Positions 56,091 through 64,000 of a DNA stretch of 64,000 nucleotides are shown piece after piece. Origin of the DNA: the human T2T-CHM13v2.0 reference genome, Homo sapiens. A program made the translations under genes and the position numbers. The stretch lies in assembly GCF_009914755.1 (NCBI RefSeq), contig NC_060936.1, one strand, 5' to 3'. The notes under the pieces were generated by a model. The model had not been told where the DNA came from. It worked only from the letters and a program-made list of their open reading frames with translations, and ran no database searches. Numbering within the stretch: position 1 is the stretch's first letter; the number at the start of each line of letters is the position of its first letter.

Positions 56091-56848
56091 TTTTAAAAAA
56101 AGAATCAATTAACAATATCCACCCTCCTGTGAGTCTGACAGGCCTCTCTTTGATATGGCAGTTAACTAGTTCCCAAATATTAAAATCAAAAATAATTTTG
56201 GTAGTTAACATTTTAAAACCTTAAAGTTACAATTCCTTTCTTTTTAGCTCTACTTTATTCAAATTCAAGTCATTTTCACTTCTCGGTTCCACTATTTTTT
56301 AAGTTAATTTGTGCACTTGTACAGATAGATTTCCAACTGCTTTGTTAGTAGCCCAATTAGATTACAACTGATTTGACAATCAGGTCTGGATTTTAGTAGA
56401 GATATAAAATTGAAGTAATTTTCTTTTATAAATCAAGAAAATAATGAGCATGAAGAATTCAATATGTATTTGTACAAGTGATCTTAATTTTTTTTAAAAT
56501 TTAAACCTGATCTTTTTTTTGGTATAATGTGGGATGTAAAAAGAATACTAAAATGCTGGGAAACAATTAATTGATTGGCTGACTTTGTTTCCTAAGAAAT
56601 AATATCTTTCACTTTACAGTTGGAAGAAATAAAACTGTTTGTCTAGTTGGTTGTGGCATTTACTTCTAAGAACAGGAGATTCAGTTCCCATATTCTTTAA
56701 CATATACCTTAAATCACCATGATATTATATATGTCACCAAGGCAACAGTTCCACACATGTTCCACACAAGTGATTGCTAGAACAAGCTGTTTACCTAATG
56801 TCTCCCATTTAACAGGCAAATTTGAAACTATCTTTTCCAATTACCCAC

Positions 56849-57060
56849 CTGTACCACAAAAGTGCCTAAAACAATTGTGCAGAAGATGGCATTGTTAAAG
56901 ATTCCTTCGAATACATTTCTTTCACCATGAATTTTCCGGGCATTTATTTCGTTGAAAAGTTGCATCAGCACAAAGGTATTAAAAACAATAGTATAATGTT
57001 CTGAAGGAGGAGCATGCAAAGGAGCATTTCTTCCACTATCAATGTCAAAAAACTTTTCTC
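56849..57060 (-). CDS. ATP2B1: PMCA1 exon (212 nt): (G)[30 protein letters not shown]...GTFVVQ (TM8-TM9)
   Basis: ttcag|GA GAA AAG...GTA CAG|gtgggt; overlaps ORF 56828-57019. Confidence 0.97.
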
Positions 57061-57517
57061 CTGAAAGAATGAAAAATGACTATTTTGTAATTATCATACC
57101 AAATTAGATTTCAAGGAGGTATACAAATTACAACTTAGCTAGACCTTTTATTTGATCTGAAATGGCAGCATGGAAGGAGCTAGAGAAACCTGGGATTATC
57201 TAGTACAACTCTCTTGTTTTATAGGCAAGGAAACAGAAGCTCCCAAAACTATGGTGATAATCTCAGGATCACATATCTAAATTAGTGGAGAGCCAGGGTA
57301 AGACATCAGGACTGTTTATTCTCCTGTTTATTCTACTATCTAGCTTATTGTCCTCCCAAATTTACTAAGCACTCACTGATTAAGAAGAAATTAAAGATAA
57401 ATGGGAAGTCAGGAGTAGAATTTAGGCTCTTGAAAATTTGTAACATTATAACATCTTGGATGATTAGCTTGGAAAAGAAACAATTAACTGAAGCTTTATT
57501 AGACACTGAATTCTTAC

Positions 57518-57731
57518 CAGCAAATAAGAGTGTAAAGACTACTACAAGTTGATAGAATGCATGACCCAAAATATTCTTCATCATTGTACGTGAGATGAGA
57601 GGCTTATTTCTACCATAAGGTTTCCGAAGCAAGAGAGACTCAGTGGGTGGTTCCGTTGCCAGAGCCAGGGAAGCGAGTGTATCCATTATGAGGTTTACCC
57701 ACAGCATCTGCACAGCCTTAAGCGGTGAGTC
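57518..57731 (-). CDS. ATP2B1: PMCA1 exon (214 nt): [29 protein letters not shown]...VVVFTLLFA(G) (TM6-TM7)
   Basis: ctag|GAC TCA...GCT G|gtaag; overlaps ORF 57345-57713; contains the Ca2+-coordinating NLIMD motif. Confidence 0.97.
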
Positions 57732-57924
57732 CTAGAAAAGATATGTTTCCTAATAGACATTCACAACTACTCAGGGGCTCAGCAATTCTCAGGAAACCTT
57801 TAGGGTTTAAAAACTTGAGAAACAGAACAGGATTATATTTTTATATTAACTAACCTAAAATATTAAGCTTCAGCTTAAATATTAAGTATTTTTTAAGAGG
57901 CATTTAATATACTTTTTAAATTTA

Positions 57925-58155
<231 letters not shown>

Positions 58156-59063
58156 TTAAAAAAAATTTTGTGAATTAGACTAAATGTTTTAAGTATAACT
58201 TTCAAATAGTCAAAAAATACACACTTAATAAACAAAAAGTTTACCATTATACCTAATAAATATTACTTAAATTTACACTAAAAGAAGGTAACAGAGTTAT
58301 TCTAAGATATTACTAGGAAAGACATTCTGGTTTAGCAGAAATCAAACAAAGAATGAAGTATTAAAAATAAGGTTCAAGTTGGGTTAAAAATGGAGGAATG
58401 AACAAAGACATTACCCAAGTTCCTTCCAAAAGCCACACAAAAAGGTATCTGTTAATAAAAAGCAAACAAACTCTATGAAGACAAAGTTAGAGGAAAAGGA
58501 GATTCTACCAAAAAACAAACAAACAAACAAAAAACCCATAAAACCTTAGAGGCTAGAAAGCAGACAGCCAAATGGTAAGTAACTCAGCAGACACAAGAAA
58601 GCTGAATCCTAATCCAAGTGTAGAGAAAGTAGAAGTAGCCCCCTTTCCCCCCAACAACAGAACCCCCCTGTCAGCTCCAGACTTGGCAGATTTACGTGGC
58701 ACTGGAAGTAGGGGTGAAGGTAGGAATAAAAAAAGGAAGATCTCTTGAAAGTCTACTGAAGACGCATTTAGAAGCTTCAAACTAATAACAATGTCATCAA
58801 CAGGAGAATGGGGTAATTAATAAATTGTGGATTAATAAAATGAGTGAACTACAACTATATTAACATAAATGATCTGACAAACATAATGCTGAATAAAGAA
58901 GATGAACTCAACACATAATGTATGACTCTTCTGTACAAAGTTCAAAAACAGGCAAAAGGAATAATCTTCAGGATACTGGTTATCTTTGCAGAGAGACAAG
59001 GCAGTAATTAGAAGGGAGTAGGATTCACTAAAAAATTATCAAAAAGCTTAACCTCACGAACCT

Positions 59064-59450
59064 TGCCACGAGCTGAAAGTGTTCCCCAAATTCATGTGTT
59101 GGAAACATAATCTCTAATCAACCAAGTGCAGACATGGAAACTCAGAGGTGATATGATGAAGGCTCTGCCCTCATGTATGGATTAATATCATTATTTTGGG
59201 AGTGGTTTCATTATCAAGAGTGACATCATTATAAAGGTGAGTTTGACCCCCTCTTGCTTTTGTGCTCACTTGCGGTGTTCTCTTGCCCTTCTCCCATGAC
59301 ATGACACAGCATGAAGGCCCTCACCAGATGCTGGCACCCTGGCTCTTGGATTTACTCACTTCCAGAACCTCAAGTCAAATAAACTTTTATTGTTCATGAA
59401 TTATTAAGTCTTAGATATTCTGTTATCACAATACAAAATGGACAAAGACA
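59064..59450 (+). mobile_element. MST (MaLR) solo LTR inserted in old L1
   Basis: TG...CA ends; flanks aacct/aaccc; ccccaaattcatgtgttggaaac and gaaggccctcaccagatgc. Confidence 0.8.
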
Positions 59451-60368
59451 AACCCTTTCTCAGGAAGCAGCTGGAGAAGATGACTCCACCAGATAAGGGA
59501 ATAAACCAAAGAAGATGATGCCACTGAATTCATGAAGTACAAGATCCAACACAAAGGAGAATAAAGAAAATCCTCAGGTATGGAGACCAAGAAGACAGCT
59601 GTGCAGCAAGGCTAGCAAACAGCGAGTGCAGATTAAAGCATGTTGAAAGATGCTGAGAGACGTATCTCTTAGACACTAAAATTGGTAAGAGTGCTAAAGG
59701 TCTCTGATGTATGAAACAGAGAATTTGGGGATGAATTAGTTAAGTACATAGAAAAACTAAGCCAAAAAAATTCAAACAAACCAAATAAAAATTAAAAGAA
59801 AGCAAGTAAAAGACAACAAATTATAGGGAACATAAAAAGCTGTGTAAGGAAGGAAAAGTAATTACAGTAGACCACACAGATTAGGTTGAAACAGCATTTA
59901 CAGTCACAGTAAGGACTGAATATTGATCAAATCTAAATTATGATATAACTCTGCTGGCAGATGATGGGATAGGTAGTGAGCATGAAGGTATATGCGGTGA
60001 ATGTGGTCTATATGCTTGTGAAAGCACTAAGTCCTCACCTTCATTAATGAAAGTCAGTAGTTAAAGCCTTATATTAAAAAAATCAAAAAGCACCAGAATC
60101 ATGTGATTCAGAGATATAAAGGTACATAACTAAGTAAAAGAAGCAGCTAAAACAGTTTCCTTTGGGAGCCAAAAATTTGGTATGTGGCAGGGAACTTGCT
60201 ATTAAGTCTTATAGAACTACTTGACCTTTTAAATGCTACGCATACATTGTTTTGATAAACATGAAGTTCAGATGAAACCTTTCTCAAAATACTCAATGAA
60301 GAAACAATCTTATTTTAGAATCTTAGTCTCCAGCTCCCAATGTGAATATTTTACTTTTAATGTCCCAC

Positions 60369-60715
<347 letters not shown>

Positions 60716-61544
60716 TGATTCTCATCATACCCATATTATACAAATGCAAATCTCACCATTCCCTTGCTCAAAATCCTTAAAATTTCTAAAAGTAACTCTA
60801 TGGTGTTAATTGGTATTCAAATAAAAACTAGTTCTATGATGAAACAAGTCTGGAAAACTTTCAATCACAAAACGTTAAACTGCTTTTTAAAAATGAGCTT
60901 CTAGGAGTCATATGATATCGCATAGTGTGTCTCTAAACTTACATCATCAGAAGTAGGCTTGGCAAATGTTCATCTACAGGATAAGAGAAAAAAAATTCCT
61001 TATCATGGCATTCAAGGCCTTTTTAATGTGGCCCCCTGTGAATTCTTCTAGCTTCGTATCTCATTACAGCACCGCAACCTCTTCTAGTTAGATTGAAAAA
61101 CTTGTACATAATTCGCTGATGAATGAGGGCCTCTTGGTTCCTCTCCTTCCCTCAGCTAAACTGGCACCTCTTCCAGAAAACCCTTCCCAGTCTCTACAGG
61201 CAGAGTCAAGGACTTCTGCCTGAGACACTTGTCACTGTCCTGTAATTATTTCCATGTGCTGTGAATTTTTAGGAGACAGCAACTCTTCACTTCTAATGTT
61301 CCGGGACTGGAATACTGAACACAGTCTCAATATCTGGAGTCCCGCATTAATCCAAATAAAATTTAAATAAAAGTATTTTAATTACCTTAGGTTTTACTAC
61401 CATAGATGTATTTGATTATTGGATTACACCATGAGATTCAGTCTTTGATGACAGCAGTATCTCTATACATGGTTAACTAATTTTTGGCAAGAATAATTTC
61501 ATGTGACAAGGATTCTCTCCTTCGACCAAAACTTGCTATGTAGA

Positions 61545-61703
61545 TAATTGTTACACTATATTATTTAGGGAATCATGACAAGAAAAAGTCTGCACATGTT
61601 CACTACAGATGCAACCATCCATATTTTTTGTCCCGAATATTTGCGATCCACAGTTGGTTGATTCTGCGGATGCAGAATCCATGGATACAAAGGGCCAAAT
61701 GTA
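61545..61703. mobile_element. MER2 (Tigger-family) fragment
   Basis: gggaatcatgacaagaaaaagtctg...gcggatgcagaatccatggatac. Confidence 0.7.
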
Positions 61704-61969
61704 CAAGCAGAACACACACTTTATCTATAGATCAACAAATCAAGAAAGTATGCTCTAAAATGCTATATCTGCCTGAAAATAGGAGATACATTTAGAAAGA
61801 AATTATCAACAGCGATTTCTTGTAACTAAAAAAAAAACTCTAAGACAATACGTTTGTCTAAGTTTTAACTGTACAAATGCAAAACCAAAGTAAATTCAAG
61901 CTTTAACAAGAGTAGTTTCAAGTCCAAGCTACCAAGTACTTACAGTTTCTCTATGTTTTTAAACTAAAT

Positions 61970-62272
<303 letters not shown>

Positions 62273-62904
62273 TGTTTTTGAACTAAATTTAGACTTTTGA
62301 TGTTATCATTTAAAAAAAAAAAAAGTGGTATAACTGGGCCTAAAACCATGAAGAGCTTAAAAAACACTAACCAACAAGCCATTGTATTGTGTATTTGTTT
62401 GATTATATTTACCTGTATTTATTTAAAGCCCATTGTATCTGTCTTACATTCAAGTTTTGGGAAGAAAGCTTTTTTTATTTTAAAATTCATTTTACATAAC
62501 TGCCTTTCTGGTCAGCTGTCAGAATGTAAATAGCAATAAGAATCCTGCTAAATGCTCAAGAGCAGCAGTGAGTGATCCTATGTTCCTAAAGGGAATGAGC
62601 CTGTTTGCCTACAGCAAAAGGAAGAGCACTTAATTATTCCATAGACCTCTTCAGCTATGCTTCACATGTCTTCAGAAGCTCCTACCAATGCAGCTGCCAA
62701 CCATTTAAATTTGGGATGGGGTAGGGCGGGGGATCTTTGGATTCCCTGCTTTTGATTGAGGGAAATTTACCCATAATTTCCTTTCCTCATCTCTCTCACT
62801 CCTGTTGAAAGGCTGCCACCATGGTAGATCTTCTAAATTTCCATTTTAGCAGCAAAATATCAGGGGGACAAATTATGCAAATAAACATTTGTACACAAAA
62901 ACAA

Positions 62905-63200
62905 TCTCTCATCTGAAAACCTTAGGGCCAGACTGTGATTCGGAATTCAGTCTCTCATAGTTTGGAAAGATAATGAGACACATAACCTTATATCTCAATT
63001 TTCCCAAAAGAGCTTAGCACCCCATAAAAATCACATTAAAATCTCCACAATGGCTATGAATATTCACACTAAGTAGGACAAATAACAGCCTCACATCAGT
63101 TCAGAACAAATTTTGCAATCAAATGAGTCTGCTGCAAAATTTAGGTTAAAAATTTCAGTTTCCTGATAGTTCTAGATTTGAGAATTGTGATTATGAACCA
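62905..63200. mobile_element. MER46C/Tigger4-like element
   Basis: atctgaaaaccttagggccaga...gaatattcacactaagt. Confidence 0.5.
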
Positions 63201-63694
63201 GTATTTTCCAAAAATAAAATGAAACTCAAAGAAAATAAAATACTTAAATTGAGGACTTTGGGGAAAACAAGTAGGTAGGATTTTTTTCAATAAAAAAAGA
63301 TTATATATAAAATGATGGTATTCAATTACTTTTTAAATAACTGAAGAGTAACTGAGTAGATGAATGGAAGAGTTTCAATTATATTTTTAATTTAAATACA
63401 CACAACTATTCTAAGCCTGTGTCCTGCATTAAAGGGTTATTAAAAGGTTCAGTTGAGTTGACAGACATTAAAAAATTAACAGAATACAAAGCCAACATAC
63501 AATATTATTAAATTGCTCAAAAGAAACAATCTAGTCAGATTTCATGACATCAAATAAAGCTAATGCATAAACTAATTAGACTTATAAACCAATTTAAGCT
63601 TATTAATTATCCCTCGAACTAATCTTGAGGGACAGTGTTTAAAATCCATAGTAATTTAGTCAACAAACAAACAAACAAACAAACAAACCAGTCA

Positions 63695-63841
<147 letters not shown>

Positions 63842-64000
63842 TTAAATACAAGCAAATATTTGTGTTATAAAAACATTACTCTTTAATAAGATGATTCTGA
63901 AGAATATCCTGACGTCGGTTTTATAGACTCAAGGTTAAAAATAAATAAACAAATATAAAAATGGAAATTGCTTAGATGTTGGGTGAGAACCTACTTCAGA

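Noticed and set aside
57345-57517. ORF-track extensions beyond exon ends (also 56828-56848)
   Set aside because: Read-through past canonical GT donors; the true exons join in frame to the next exon.

Overview
Primate (most likely human) genomic DNA, AT-rich and dense in interspersed repeats. The right third (about 41.85-64 kb) holds the 3' part of ATP2B1 (plasma-membrane Ca2+-ATPase 1, PMCA1) on the minus strand. I read six internal coding exons, the alternatively spliced 154-nt 'site C' exon with its internal donors, and the terminal exon (ending ...ETSL*) with a ~2.9-kb 3' UTR. All junctions are GT-AG and phase-consistent. The left two-thirds is intergenic: an ERV-L pol remnant, MaLR and other LTRs, old L1/L2/MIR, DNA transposons and many Alus. 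Most ORF-track entries are repeat-derived or chance ORFs. I see no novel protein-coding or prokaryote-type system. The most interesting signals are RNA-level: (i) a possible intron-read-through, intronically polyadenylated PMCA1 isoform ending ...TVGCECVFLSA*, (ii) three reading frames used at the start of the last exon, (iii) RBFOX/PTB/UG motifs around the site C exon, (iv) inverted Alus and repeated decoy acceptors around the 108-nt 'site B' exon, and (v) splice and polyA signals for a plus-strand antisense transcript overlapping the ATP2B1 3' end. Repeat subfamily names come from remembered consensus sequences, not from a RepeatMasker run, and many repeat boundaries are approximate.
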